A stretch of DNA of 64,000 nt from Oscillospiraceae bacterium. GTDB lineage: Bacteria > Bacillota > Clostridia > Oscillospirales > Ruminococcaceae. Below, one piece after another: positions 1 to 12,054 of the stretch (within the stretch, counting starts at the first letter, position 1; each line of letters starts with the position of its first letter). Under the pieces are notes generated by a model, which saw only the letters and a program-made list of their open reading frames with translations, had not been told where the DNA came from and made no database searches. The stretch lies in NCBI GenBank assembly GCA_045627405.1, contig JAZQNP010000092.1, positions 23,591 through 87,590 on the forward strand. The letters are read 5' to 3'. The translations under genes were made by a program, and so were the position numbers.

Positions 1-858
1 AGCATGTATGATGCCATAGATCTGCCTTTTATCTGCGGCATTGACTGTCAGGATTATATGGAGAATGTCTCCGCGGAAGCGCGCGCGGCATATATACTGA
101 ACGGCGCAGTTGACGGAACGATTGTGTTGCTGCATGATGCAGCAGGCAATGAAAAAACGGTGGAGGCATTAAAGATCGCGATGCCGCAGCTTGCGGCGGA
201 GGGATATGAATTTGTCACACTGTCTGAGCTGTTTGCGCGGCAGGGCGAGACGCCGAAGGATTATATTCTCTATACCTATGTGACAAAGTATCCGTGCAGC
301 GGATATGAACTGAAACGGAATATATATACCGGAAAATTATCCGGAGAAACCGGCGCAGCAGATTGGCAGAATCTGTCTCTGGATCCGGCGGAGCTTGCCG
401 CTTTGGGCAGCGACTATGCGATTGAGGTTGCATATTACGGCGCATATCAGCCTGTTTTGAATTTGCAGAAATGGACCGGCGCGGCAATCTGGTATTCCGT
501 GCAGCCTGCATATTACAACGGAGAGCATGCCTGTTTCCTGGCGGAAGATGTGTTATCTGCACTCGAAAATCTCGGTGTGACATGCACCGATCTTGACCGG
601 ATCAGCATTGCGCCGTATAGCGGTTATATGGAACTGACGCAGGCAGATCTGCTGGTACGCGGGAGCGCAGAGACGGTTGCCGGAGATGTCAATGCGGACG
701 GAGAATGTGATCTTGTCGATCTGGTTCTGCTGAACCGTTATCTGCTCTGTGATCCGACTGCTGTTTTGAAGAACGCGCTTGCCGGTGATCTGGATCAAAG
801 CGGAACACTGAATGCCGTCGATCTGACACGGATGAAGCGGATGCTGATGAACCGTTAA
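1..858 (+). CDS. Polysaccharide deacetylase (CE4-like) C-terminal fragment, an unknown ~130-aa module and a type I dockerin; 5' end truncated by the window edge
   Basis: The frame is open from nt 1, so the M at nt 4 is not the real start. The CE4-like tail reads IVLLHD...EALKIAMPQLAAEGYEFVTLSELF. The C-terminal dockerin duplication is GDVNADGECDLVDLVLLNRYLL ... GDLDQSGTLNAVDLTRMKRML. Confidence 0.6.
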   Translation, partial: SMYDAIDLPFICGIDCQDYMENVSAEARAAYILNGAVDGTIVLLHDAAGNEKTVEALKIAMPQLAAEGYEFVTLSELFARQGETPKDYILYTYVTKYPCSGYELKRNIYTGKLSGETGAADWQNLSLDPAELAALGSDYAIEVAYYGAYQPVLNLQKWTGAAIWYSVQPAYYNGEHACFLAEDVLSALENLGVTCTDLDRISIAPYSGYMELTQADLLVRGSAETVAGDVNADGECDLVDLVLLNRYLLCDPTAVLKNALAGDLDQSGTLNAVDLTRMKRMLMNR

Positions 859-903
859 ACGGAATGCAGCAGCTTAGCATAACAATGAAATATCAGCGAG
901 CAA

Positions 904-935
904 GAAAGCCCCGAAGCGATTGCTTCGGGGCTTTC
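904..935. terminator. Bidirectional rho-independent terminator between convergent genes
   Basis: Perfect 14-bp stem gaaagccccgaagc / gcttcggggctttc with a gatt loop, flanked by A- and T-rich runs. Confidence 0.8.
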
Positions 936-986
936 TGTCTGTATCTTAGGTATCGCGGGCTGTAACCGTTACCCGTGCAGAGGCGA

Positions 987-3900
987 TCAGAGCGATCCGA
1001 TCTTACCGCTGAGATATTGCAGCAGGATCGAGAGATCTGTACCGTTCAAACCGACAGTGCCGTCCAGATCTGCGTTGATCGCACCCTGTGCTGAGAGCGT
1101 TGCGGTGCTTCCGATTGCGCGAGCCAGCATGATGGCATCTGTCAGTTCGACTGCTCCGTTGCAGTCAACATCTCCGCGAATTTCAGAGACGGTTGCGCTG
1201 CCGCCGGTCAGCATCAGAACGCCGTAATACTGTGTGGTGGTGTAGCCGAGACCAGTGGTATCACCAGACCAGTTCGAGATACCGGATCTTGCACCGGAGC
1301 CGTCGTCATCGTTGATCTGCACATCGAAACCGATGACCTGATCGTTCTGGAATTTTGCGATAGAAGCAGGAATCGCGATTTCAACAAGATAGCCGTTTGA
1401 GGTGGTAGATGCAGCCGAAATATAGTCGTCGGTGCTGTGGTTATCGGAAACAGTTTTGCTGTTGTCATAGCCGACTCTGCATTGCATGTCATCGTTTTCA
1501 TATGCAGTGGTTTTGTGGTTGTTTTCGTCAAAGAACACTTCCACTGTATCGGTTTCGTAGTGGTTGGTGCTGGAAGAATGCGTGCCGTTGGGGTCTTTGA
1601 CATCAACAAGCACATACAGATAATTCTCATCCCAGAGCATTTTTGCAGTACCTGTCGCATTGGAGTTTGCGTTGCCCATCTGGAACTGGTTGACCGAGAT
1701 CTGCGGAGCGGAATCCCAGATGCTTTCAGCGGAGCCGTCAATCTTCGGTGTACCGTAGGTTGCTTCCGCATATGCCGGGAATGCCGCGAGTGTAATGGTT
1801 CCCGCAGTGTCTTCGGAGAGGGAGTTGTTCAGGCTGTTCCATGTTGTACCGTTTAGTGCAATATCGAATGAATATGCTGTGCCTGTCTTTGTGCTGTCCA
1901 GTGTAAAGGTGAGATCATTGGTGCCGGCGGAGACTGCTTTGGAATAGGTTTCGCCGCCGAAGAGAATTTGTGCTGTACCGGACTTTGCAGCGGTCAGGCG
2001 AACTGTGAGTGTCGAGCCGTTCCACACAGCTTTCCATGTACCTGCGGAACCGATTGAAGCGGCTGCCTGCACGATGAATGCGGTTTCTGCCGAGTTGCCC
2101 GCGCTGACTGCGATGGCATCTTTATTCTGAATGGTCTGTACCGGTGCAGTCGGGTCCAGCACGGCGTAGAAGGAAGCCTTAGCCTGATAATCGTCATCGA
2201 ACAGCAGCGGATAGCCGCCGATCCAGCTGGTAGAATCCGTGATGCCCCAGAACACGACTGCTGTAATGTTGCAGCCGTCTTTTTTGCAGGCAATGACAGT
2301 TTCCATGAGCTGACGGTAACGCTCTGCAAGTTCAAGCTGTGCAGCGTTGGAGTTGTCCTTGACGCTGACATCCAGCTCTGTGATCTGGACTTCCAGACCC
2401 AGTGCAGCATAGGCGCGGATTGTATCTTCATATACAGAAACAGTCGGATAGCTGAGCTGCAAGTGAGACTGCATGCCGATGCCGTCGATCAGATTTTGTT
2501 CGGCGAGAGCGGAAACGACTTTGATGATCGAGCTGCGCTTGCCGGAGGCATATTCGTTGTAGTCGTTGTAGAACAGCTTGCAGCCGGACGGCGCATATTT
2601 TCTGGCGTAGGTAAATGCGTAGGAAATATAGTCTTCTCCGATGGTCTTGATCCACGGAGAATTCACGCTGTCCTCATTGGTGGAACCGGCAGGCCGGTAG
2701 GAACCGTCATCAAGGAACGCCTCATTGACGACATCCCAGCAGTAGAAGTTCACGTTCGGATAATCTTTGGCGAGAGCTTCCATGACCGCCTTGATGTAAT
2801 TCTCCATACGTTTGAGCATGGTGTCTCTGTCAACCCATGCGCCGTCTGCGGAATATCCGACGCGGAAGAACCAATCCGGTGTCTGGCTGTGCCACACAAG
2901 GCAATGGCCGCGGACAGGAATATTGTTTGCGGCAGCAAATTCGAGCAGCGGCTTCGCGCTTGTCAGAGAGATGCCGACGCCTGTTTCGGAGCCGGTTGCG
3001 ATGCACGCGCTCTGGCTGAGAACTGCATCCGGTTTCAGCTCGTTTCCGAATGTAAGAGAATTGTAGTGTTTGAGGATCAGATCCTTGGAAGCTTGCAGCG
3101 AAAGCTCCGAAGCCGTAGATGCGCAGCCGATCTTGAAGAGATCTGCATATGCTTCGCAAAGGCTGCCGATGTCGGATTGAATGGTCGGATCGGGCAGGTG
3201 CTCGCAGACTACATCGTCGATGTAGAACGAGATGGTCTTATCCTGATCGGAAGGATTGCTGCTCCATTTCGGCTGTACATAGAAAGCGAGGTTTGTCGCC
3301 TTTTCCGGAACAGTATAGCGTGTGGAGATCTGAACCCATTCGCCTTTTGCAGTTGACTCATCAGCGAGATTTTTATACTGCGTCACGCCGTCGAGATTGT
3401 ACATCAGATAGATCTGGAATGCAGCGGTGTCGGTATAGGAACCGCCGTCGTAAGCGACCCAGCAGGAGAACGAATAATAGCCGCCGAGTTCGAGGAACAG
3501 CGTGCAATCGACAGCAGGGCTGTTCCACAGATCGGTGCGGTTTGAGGTGTAGAGCGAGTAGGTGCCGCTGTGGGCAAGCTGCGAAGAAATTGCAATGTCA
3601 CAGGAACGTGCAAACCAGTCGCTGACAGAACCGTTTTCAAAATCATAGGAGAAGCCGTCCTGCGTATCTCCTTCGTATTTCTCACCGGTTCCGGAGCAGT
3701 CATCAATGTAGTAGGGCAGTGTCGCATTGGAACACTGCGTATAAAGCGTAATGCCTGTGATGTTCGCGGGGAATGTGACATTTGCAGTCATCTGCGTCCA
3801 TTCGCCTTTGTTTGCGTTGACAGAGCCGACGCTGCCGTAGCGGGTCGCGCCGTTTTCCGTATACTTGTATCCAAGCTGGAAATTCTGTGTATCACTGCCG

Positions 3901-4229
3901 GATTCGTAATCGTAATAGAACCAGATGGATACCGTGTAGCTCTGTCCGGCGTAGAAATAGCCGACTTTGCTGCACTCACCGCCCTGCCAGTCTTTTTCAC
4001 GGTCAGTGATGTAGAAGCTGGAAGAACCGGTATGTGCCTGTTCCGTGCTGAGGGAGACCGTCGCCGCGCCGCCGTGGGACGCCCAGCCGTCAGTATCGCC
4101 GTCTTCAAAATCGTCGAAGAACAGCTCGACCGGTTCTGCGGATACAGCATATTCCGCCGGAAAAGCAGCCGCCGTACCCATTGCGGTCAGTGCTGCACAA
4201 AGCATACTGACCATACGTTTGGTTTTCAT
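987..4229 (-). CDS. Multimodular endo-1,4-beta-xylanase: signal peptide, 2x CBM22-like, GH10 catalytic domain, CBM9-like, dockerin
   Basis: GH10 motifs WDVVNEA (acid/base Glu) and ITELDV (nucleophile Glu). Two N-terminal CBM_4_9/CBM22-type modules (FDDFEDGDTDGW..., YDFENGSVSDWF...). CBM9-like block DGSAESIWDSAP...LWDENYLYVLVDVKD...DTVEVFFDENN. C-terminal dockerin GDVDCNGAVELTDAIMLARAI...INADLDGTVGLNGTDLSILLQYLSG. The N-terminus is signal-peptide-like. Confidence 0.9.
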   Translation of the reverse strand: MKTKRMVSMLCAALTAMGTAAAFPAEYAVSAEPVELFFDDFEDGDTDGWASHGGAATVSLSTEQAHTGSSSFYITDREKDWQGGECSKVGYFYAGQSYTVSIWFYYDYESGSDTQNFQLGYKYTENGATRYGSVGSVNANKGEWTQMTANVTFPANITGITLYTQCSNATLPYYIDDCSGTGEKYEGDTQDGFSYDFENGSVSDWFARSCDIAISSQLAHSGTYSLYTSNRTDLWNSPAVDCTLFLELGGYYSFSCWVAYDGGSYTDTAAFQIYLMYNLDGVTQYKNLADESTAKGEWVQISTRYTVPEKATNLAFYVQPKWSSNPSDQDKTISFYIDDVVCEHLPDPTIQSDIGSLCEAYADLFKIGCASTASELSLQASKDLILKHYNSLTFGNELKPDAVLSQSACIATGSETGVGISLTSAKPLLEFAAANNIPVRGHCLVWHSQTPDWFFRVGYSADGAWVDRDTMLKRMENYIKAVMEALAKDYPNVNFYCWDVVNEAFLDDGSYRPAGSTNEDSVNSPWIKTIGEDYISYAFTYARKYAPSGCKLFYNDYNEYASGKRSSIIKVVSALAEQNLIDGIGMQSHLQLSYPTVSVYEDTIRAYAALGLEVQITELDVSVKDNSNAAQLELAERYRQLMETVIACKKDGCNITAVVFWGITDSTSWIGGYPLLFDDDYQAKASFYAVLDPTAPVQTIQNKDAIAVSAGNSAETAFIVQAAASIGSAGTWKAVWNGSTLTVRLTAAKSGTAQILFGGETYSKAVSAGTNDLTFTLDSTKTGTAYSFDIALNGTTWNSLNNSLSEDTAGTITLAAFPAYAEATYGTPKIDGSAESIWDSAPQISVNQFQMGNANSNATGTAKMLWDENYLYVLVDVKDPNGTHSSSTNHYETDTVEVFFDENNHKTTAYENDDMQCRVGYDNSKTVSDNHSTDDYISAASTTSNGYLVEIAIPASIAKFQNDQVIGFDVQINDDDGSGARSGISNWSGDTTGLGYTTTQYYGVLMLTGGSATVSEIRGDVDCNGAVELTDAIMLARAIGSTATLSAQGAINADLDGTVGLNGTDLSILLQYLSGKIGSL

Positions 4230-4422
4230 TGAAATAACCCCTCCTGATCAATCAGTCTCTGTGTATTGTGATTTGCAGAGATTTCAGAACAAATCACCAA
4301 GATAATCATATCATTATTGCACGAAAAAGTCAAGCATTCTCGAAAAAAATTCCATGATTCGTGAAAATAACGGCGAGAACGAAAAAAAGCTCTCTGAAAC
4401 GGACAATTCTTTGTGCCGACTA

Positions 4423-4451
4423 TTGCTTTTTTCCTGAAAATATGGTATAAT
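4423..4451 (+). promoter_or_regulatory. Sigma-A type promoter of the atp operon, with an extended -10
   Basis: -35 ttgctt (4423-4428), 17-nt spacer, then tgg-tataat (-10 at 4446-4451), about 37 nt upstream of the first atp-operon ORF. Confidence 0.6.
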
Positions 4452-4487
4452 CATTAAGAATCCGGACAAAGGTGGCGTGAGAAAGAT

Positions 4488-4895
4488 ATGCCGGAAGAAA
4501 TTCTGCGGCAAGAGATGACCATGCTGAGCAAACGCGTGTTATTTTTGAATATTGCCGCATATCTGATCAGTGTGATCGTTCTCGGCGTGACGCTTGCATT
4601 TGCAGTCGGCCTGCTGCTCGGAACGGCAGTTTTGTTCGGCACGCTTTTGCTGCTGCAAATCAGCATAAAGCGGATGGCAGCCGAGGCAAAGCGCACCGGC
4701 ACGGCAAACCAGCGGCGGTATCTGTTGTTTTATGCACTTCGGCTGTTGCTGTTTGGCTGTGCATTTGCGGCTTCCCTGATCTTTTCGGCGTGGATTTCTC
4801 CGGTGGCAGTTGTGCTGCCAATGCTTTATCCGCGGCTGATTTATACTGCGGGTGCATTGTTTTCCCGATCCGGTTTTTCATCTGACGGTAAATAG
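4488..4895 (+). CDS. atpI: Small polytopic membrane protein, AtpI/AtpZ-like (ATP synthase protein I)
   Basis: 135 aa and strongly hydrophobic (about 4 TM segments). It sits directly upstream of atpB as the first gene of the operon. The call rests on position and hydrophobicity only. Confidence 0.45.
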   Translation: MPEEILRQEMTMLSKRVLFLNIAAYLISVIVLGVTLAFAVGLLLGTAVLFGTLLLLQISIKRMAAEAKRTGTANQRRYLLFYALRLLLFGCAFAASLIFSAWISPVAVVLPMLYPRLIYTAGALFSRSGFSSDGK

Positions 4896-4904
4896 AGGTG
4901 ATAG

Positions 4905-5675
4905 ATTCTGGCAATTCCACATTTTCTGACAGGTCCGCAGGAGCTTGAAGTCACGGGTGCAAAAATTCTTGCATCGTTTCAGATCGGCAGCCTGACGATC
5001 AACTTTACGGAAACGATTGTTCTGGAATGGATCGTTATGGCGGTGATTCTTGGTGTATCGTTTTTCCTGACGCGGAATCTACGGGTCAGATCGGTCGGAA
5101 AACGGCAGGTCATTGCTGAGATGGCAGTCGAAACGATTACCAATCTGGTGCGCGATACAATGGGTAAACGCTGGCTTTGGTTTACGCCGTATGTAGCAAC
5201 GATTTTCTGTTTTTCCATTTTCGGAAGTCTGATCAGTCTGCTCGGTGTGCGGGCAGTGACGTCGGATTTTTCCGTGCTGCTGACGTGGGCTGCGGTTACG
5301 TTCATTCTGATTACCGCGACCAAAATCAAATACAACGGCTTCTTCGGCTATCTGAAAGGCTTTGCCGATCCGATTCCGGTCATGCTGCCGATTAACATTC
5401 TGAGTGAGGTAGCGACTCCGGCTGCAATGGCACTGCGTCATTTCGGAAATATCGCAGGCGGCGGTATTATCATGTCACTTGTGTATTACGGACTGGCAAA
5501 TCTCAGCCGTATGATCGGTCTGGACATTCCGATTTTCACAATCGGTGTACCGGCGGTGCTTTCCCTTTATTTTGACCTGTTCTCGGATTTTATGCAGGCA
5601 TTTATCTTTATCATGCTGATGATGGTCTTTATCAGCAATGCCGGACCCTCTGAGGAAGAGACGGCATCGGCTTAA
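4905..5675 (+). CDS. atpB: F0F1 ATP synthase subunit a
   Basis: Polytopic a-subunit sequence with the conserved Arg region (LRHFGNIAGG). The in-frame region upstream of the first ATG (5037) is open back to the stop at 4902. It encodes a-subunit-like N-terminal sequence (...TINFTETIVLEWIVM). GAGGTG at 4895-4900 suggests a non-ATG start (ATT 4905 or CTG 4908). Confidence 0.85.
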   Translation: MLAIPHFLTGPQELEVTGAKILASFQIGSLTINFTETIVLEWIVMAVILGVSFFLTRNLRVRSVGKRQVIAEMAVETITNLVRDTMGKRWLWFTPYVATIFCFSIFGSLISLLGVRAVTSDFSVLLTWAAVTFILITATKIKYNGFFGYLKGFADPIPVMLPINILSEVATPAAMALRHFGNIAGGGIIMSLVYYGLANLSRMIGLDIPIFTIGVPAVLSLYFDLFSDFMQAFIFIMLMMVFISNAGPSEEETASA

Positions 5676-5704
5676 TTTGTTAATTTTAATTCAGGAGGTA
5701 CTGA

Positions 5705-5959
<255 letters not shown>

Positions 5960-6001
5960 TCTGACCGGAACGAGGAATGAAAGAAGAAAGGCTGATACAT
6001 C

Positions 6002-6496
6002 ATGGGATTTTTATCCATTGATACCGGCACCATCATTTTCACACTGCTCAATACGCTGATTCTCTTTTTGGGGCTCAAACATTTTCTGTTTAAACCTGTG
6101 CAGAAGATTTTGACAGAGCGGCAGAGTGCTGTGGATCAGACTTTGCAGGATGCCGAGGATGCGCGGACACGCGCAGAAGCGGCAGAAACTGAGTATAATG
6201 AGAAACTTGCAGCTGCAAAGGAAGAATCGGCAGAGCTTGTCCGCAAGGCGACGCGCAAGGCGCAGCAGCGTTCCGATGAGATTGTCGCAGAGGCAAAGGC
6301 GGATGCCGCAAACATCCGCCGGCAGAACGAGGAAGAGCTTGCACGGGAAAAACGCCGTGCCGAACTTGAACTGCGCTCGGAGGTTTCCGGTCTGGCAGTG
6401 ATGGTAGCCGAAAAGGTTGTCGGGCGTGAAATCAATCCCGATGACCATGCAAGACTGATTGATGAATTTATTGATTCGGTGGGTGATACAGAGTGA
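6002..6496 (+). CDS. atpF: F0F1 ATP synthase subunit b
   Basis: One N-terminal TM helix followed by a long charged coiled coil (A/E/K/R-rich). Operon position between c and delta. Confidence 0.9.
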   Translation: MGFLSIDTGTIIFTLLNTLILFLGLKHFLFKPVQKILTERQSAVDQTLQDAEDARTRAEAAETEYNEKLAAAKEESAELVRKATRKAQQRSDEIVAEAKADAANIRRQNEEELAREKRRAELELRSEVSGLAVMVAEKVVGREINPDDHARLIDEFIDSVGDTE

Positions 6497-7023
6497 GTTC
6501 AGAGGTTTCTGCTGTATACGCAAATGCACTGTTTTCACTTGCCTTGGAGCAGGGAGATTCTGTTTTACAGGAGACACGTTCAGAGCTGCGTGAGCTGGCG
6601 GTACTGTTTTCTCTGAATCCGGATCTGATCAAGCTTCTTTCCCTCCCGACGGTCTCTCTGGAAGAACGCACAGATGTTGCGAAAAAGATTTTCGGTACTG
6701 AGGGGCTTGCATGTCGGCTGCTTTTTCTGCTGATTGACCATTCCCGTGTAGGTTTCCTCTGTGAGATTGCGGATGTCTTTGACGAGCAGATGATGATTTA
6801 TCAGGATACCGTACAGGTATCCGTCACGACTGCGGTTGCGATGACACCGGATCAGAAGGAACGGATGGAGCGGGTACTATCGGAAAAGCTTGGAAAAACA
6901 GTCCGTATGACAGAGCATATTGACCGGAGTATTCTCGGCGGTGTGATTGTGCATTACGGTGATACGCAGATTGATAATAGCTTGAAATATCGGCTGGATG
7001 CTTTGAAGCAGAGACTTTCTTGA
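6493..7023 (+). CDS. atpH: F0F1 ATP synthase subunit delta
   Basis: OSCP/delta-like N-terminus ([13 protein letters not shown]). GTG start overlaps the atpF stop (GTGA). Operon position. Confidence 0.9.
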   Translation: MSSEVSAVYANALFSLALEQGDSVLQETRSELRELAVLFSLNPDLIKLLSLPTVSLEERTDVAKKIFGTEGLACRLLFLLIDHSRVGFLCEIADVFDEQMMIYQDTVQVSVTTAVAMTPDQKERMERVLSEKLGKTVRMTEHIDRSILGGVIVHYGDTQIDNSLKYRLDALKQRLS

Positions 7024-7060
7024 TGAGAAAGCCCAGAGCATTCAGATAAGAAGGTGCAAC

Positions 7061-8566
7061 ATGAATTTAAGACCAGATGAAATCACCGGCATTATCAAGG
7101 AACAGCTGAAAAATTACGAATCGAAGCTGAATCTTGCTGATGTCGGTACGGTAATTACGGTCGGAGACGGCATTGCGAATGTACACGGCTTGGAGCAGTG
7201 TATGTCCGGAGAGCTGCTGGAATTTGAGGGCGGCGTATCGGGCATGGCATTGAACTTGGAGCATGATTTTGTCGGTGCAGTTTTGCTCGGTTCCGATCAG
7301 AATATCAAAGAAGGCGCGTCTGTCCGCCGGACCAAGCGCATTGTTTCGGTGCCGGTCGGTGAGGAGCTGCTCGGCAGAGTCGTGAACGCGCTGGGCGAGC
7401 CGATTGACGGCAAAGGTCCGATTCCGACAACGGAAACCATGCCGATTGAGAAGATCGCACCCGGCATTATTACAAGAAAATCGGTGCATACACCGCTGCA
7501 AACCGGAATTAAGGCGATTGATTCGATGATTCCGATCGGCAGGGGACAGCGTGAGCTGATCATCGGAGACCGTCAGACCGGTAAGACGACAATCGCACTG
7601 GATACCATCATGAACCAGAAGGGGAAAGATGTGATCTGCATTTATGTTGCGATCGGTCAGAAGCGTTCGACGGTTGCCAATGTTGTTGAGACGCTGACGA
7701 AAGCGGACGCGTTGTCGTACACGATTGTTGTATCCGCAACAGCATCCGAACTTGCGCCTTTGCAGTATATCGCACCGTATTCCGGCTGCACGATGGGTGA
7801 GTATTTTACCAATCAGGGCAAGGATGTTCTGATTGTTTACGATGATTTGTCCAAGCATGCGGTGGCATACAGAACACTTTCCCTGCTGCTGAAACGTCCG
7901 CCGGGACGTGAGGCGTTTCCGGGTGATGTGTTCTATCTGCATTCGCGTCTGCTGGAACGTGCGTGCTGTCTGAATGAGAATTACGGCGGCGGTTCACTGA
8001 CTGCACTTCCGATCATTGAAACACAGGCGGGTGACGTTTCAGCGTATATTCCGACCAATGTTATTTCCATCACAGACGGTCAGATTTTTTTGGAAACAGA
8101 CCTGTTCAATGCAGGTATCCGTCCTGCTGTGAATCCCGGCATTTCCGTGTCTCGTGTCGGTTCTGCGGCGCAGATTCCTGCGATGAAAAAGGTTTCCGGC
8201 TCATTAAAGCTGACCTATTCACAGTACCGTGAGTTGCAGGCATTTTCGCAGTTCGGATCGGATCTGGATAAGGATACGAAGGACCGGCTCGCGCTTGGTG
8301 AGCGCGTTGTTGAGGTGCTGAAACAGGGCAAGAGCAGTCCGCTTTCGGCGGCACATCAGGTCGTGATCCTGTATGCGGTTGTCAACAACCTGCTGAAAGA
8401 TGTTCCGGTCAGCCGTGTCTCGGAATTTGAAGATGCACTGCTCACGGAAATTGACGATCTGAACAGTGACATTGTTCAGACGATCACCGAGACAGGAAAG
8501 CTGATGCCGGAGACGGAGGAACAGCTCAGACAGGCGATTACTGCATTTGTGCAGAGCTTTGTCTGA
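7061..8566 (+). CDS. atpA: F0F1 ATP synthase subunit alpha
   Basis: Walker A GDRQTGKT and conserved alpha blocks ([39 protein letters not shown]). Confidence 0.97.
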   Translation: MNLRPDEITGIIKEQLKNYESKLNLADVGTVITVGDGIANVHGLEQCMSGELLEFEGGVSGMALNLEHDFVGAVLLGSDQNIKEGASVRRTKRIVSVPVGEELLGRVVNALGEPIDGKGPIPTTETMPIEKIAPGIITRKSVHTPLQTGIKAIDSMIPIGRGQRELIIGDRQTGKTTIALDTIMNQKGKDVICIYVAIGQKRSTVANVVETLTKADALSYTIVVSATASELAPLQYIAPYSGCTMGEYFTNQGKDVLIVYDDLSKHAVAYRTLSLLLKRPPGREAFPGDVFYLHSRLLERACCLNENYGGGSLTALPIIETQAGDVSAYIPTNVISITDGQIFLETDLFNAGIRPAVNPGISVSRVGSAAQIPAMKKVSGSLKLTYSQYRELQAFSQFGSDLDKDTKDRLALGERVVEVLKQGKSSPLSAAHQVVILYAVVNNLLKDVPVSRVSEFEDALLTEIDDLNSDIVQTITETGKLMPETEEQLRQAITAFVQSFV

Positions 8567-8584
8567 CAGAGGAGGTAGTTTGCA

Positions 8585-9451
8585 ATGGCTGCTTCCAATA
8601 TGAAAGCGATTAAACGCCGGATCAAGAGTGTGGAAAGCACAATGCAGATCACCAAGGCGATGGAGCTGGTTTCCTCCTCAAAACTGCGCCATGCGAAGGA
8701 ACGTGCGGATCAGGCGGTCCCGTTTTTCAATTTGCTCTATCAGACAATGAGTGAGGTCGCATCGGAGGCTGTGGGCTTTCACTCGGCGTATACAGAGCTG
8801 CGGGAGGAAGGTGCCGCACTGTTAATTGTGATTGCAGGTGACCGCGGTTTGGCAGGCGGATTCAATATCAATGTATTCCGTCGGGCAGATGCGAGAATCA
8901 AGGAATTGCAAGCAGTAAACCGAGAGGTCATTCTCATGACGGTCGGGCGTAAGGCATCGGAGCATTATGCGAAATCCGATTGCCGGATTCTCGGTACATT
9001 TGATAATCTCGGTGAATCCATTACGCCGCGCAGTGCATATCGGATGGCGGAGCGGATTGTACGGCTGTTTGATGAGGGACATATTGCGATGATCGACTTG
9101 TTCTTCACAAATCTCGTTTCTCCGCTGACGCAGGAGGCGCGGCAGATGGCAGTGCTTCCGGTGCCGAATCTGGAACGCGCATCGGGATTACAGAGTCTGA
9201 CAAACTACGAACCGAGTCCGGAAGCGGTGTTTGATTCGCTGATTCCGCAATATCTGGCGGGCATCCTCTACTGTACGGTTGTGGATACATATGCCTCAGA
9301 ACAGGCGGCGCGCCGTCTGGCAATGGAGAATGCGTCCGATAATGCACAGGAGATGATTGACGATCTCTCCTTGAAATACAACCGTGCGCGGCAGGCTTCC
9401 ATCACACAGGAGCTGACCGAGATTGTCGGCGGTGCCAACGCACAGGAGTAA
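8585..9451 (+). CDS. atpG: F0F1 ATP synthase subunit gamma
   Basis: Gamma-type termini (IKRRIKSVESTMQITKAMELVSSSKL ... ITQELTEIVGGA). Confidence 0.95.
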   Translation: MAASNMKAIKRRIKSVESTMQITKAMELVSSSKLRHAKERADQAVPFFNLLYQTMSEVASEAVGFHSAYTELREEGAALLIVIAGDRGLAGGFNINVFRRADARIKELQAVNREVILMTVGRKASEHYAKSDCRILGTFDNLGESITPRSAYRMAERIVRLFDEGHIAMIDLFFTNLVSPLTQEARQMAVLPVPNLERASGLQSLTNYEPSPEAVFDSLIPQYLAGILYCTVVDTYASEQAARRLAMENASDNAQEMIDDLSLKYNRARQASITQELTEIVGGANAQE

Positions 9452-9474
9452 AAGAAGAACCTGATAGAAAGTGA

Positions 9475-11312
<1,838 letters not shown>

Positions 11313-11344
11313 AAAAATCAATCAGAAAAGGAATTGTGGATAGT

Positions 11345-12010
11345 ATGAAAAAGACAAAAGTTTTCGGAACAATTACGCTGATATTGGCGTGTCTTGCTGT
11401 TGTGTTGCTGCTGGATATACCGAAGTTTCTGAAATATCAGACCGGCGACATCAAGAGCATCAACGACAGCAACCTGACACTGGATAAAGGTGATTTGGTT
11501 GACGGCACCGTTGAGTATTGCTGGGGCTGGGCTGTGGAGCAGTATGACACAACATTCGGTATCCGTACTTCATCCAACAGCACACTGCGGTATTACGCAT
11601 TGGAACTTGACAAGGGTACGCTGCTGCTTTACGAAACCGGAAGTTCTGGGGATTACAGCAAGCTCGATCAGATCACAACACAAACCGGTACCTATTATGA
11701 GTCGCTGTATGATTACCTCGACGGAAAGATTGATCTGGAAGAAGTTTCGCTGCCGACATCCACGCTGGACATTCAGGGTGTTGTGAAAACGATGCCTTCT
11801 GATGTGCGCAACCTTTTCAAAGAGTGGTATGAGGACGATGCAAACTTTGATGCGGATACGGAGATCTATATGATTACCCGTTCCTCTTTCGACCGTTTGT
11901 TCATTTCTTTGATCATCGGTGCAGTGGCAGCAGTCCTTGCAATCGTATTTCTGATCGTGACCATTGTAACACACAAAAAAGAAAAATACAATCAGCAATT
12001 CGGATATTAA
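11345..12010 (+). CDS. Hypothetical bitopic membrane protein (TM helix at each end), possibly co-transcribed with atp
   Basis: Starts 33 nt after atpC. Hydrophobic segments at the N-terminus (ITLILACLAVVLLL) and C-terminus (LIIGAVAAVLAIVFLIVTIV). I recognise no motif. ATG 11345 is preferred over GTG 11336 on RBS spacing. Confidence 0.5.
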   Translation: MKKTKVFGTITLILACLAVVLLLDIPKFLKYQTGDIKSINDSNLTLDKGDLVDGTVEYCWGWAVEQYDTTFGIRTSSNSTLRYYALELDKGTLLLYETGSSGDYSKLDQITTQTGTYYESLYDYLDGKIDLEEVSLPTSTLDIQGVVKTMPSDVRNLFKEWYEDDANFDADTEIYMITRSSFDRLFISLIIGAVAAVLAIVFLIVTIVTHKKEKYNQQFGY

Positions 12011-12054
12011 TGAATGCCCGACGGGGCAGCGTATAAAAAGGGGATTTGATTCTA

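Noticed and set aside
12010-12054. Possible terminator hairpin (tgccc gac ggggca) after the membrane protein gene that follows atpC.
   Set aside because: The stem is only 5 bp with a 3-4 nt loop and has no convincing U-tract.
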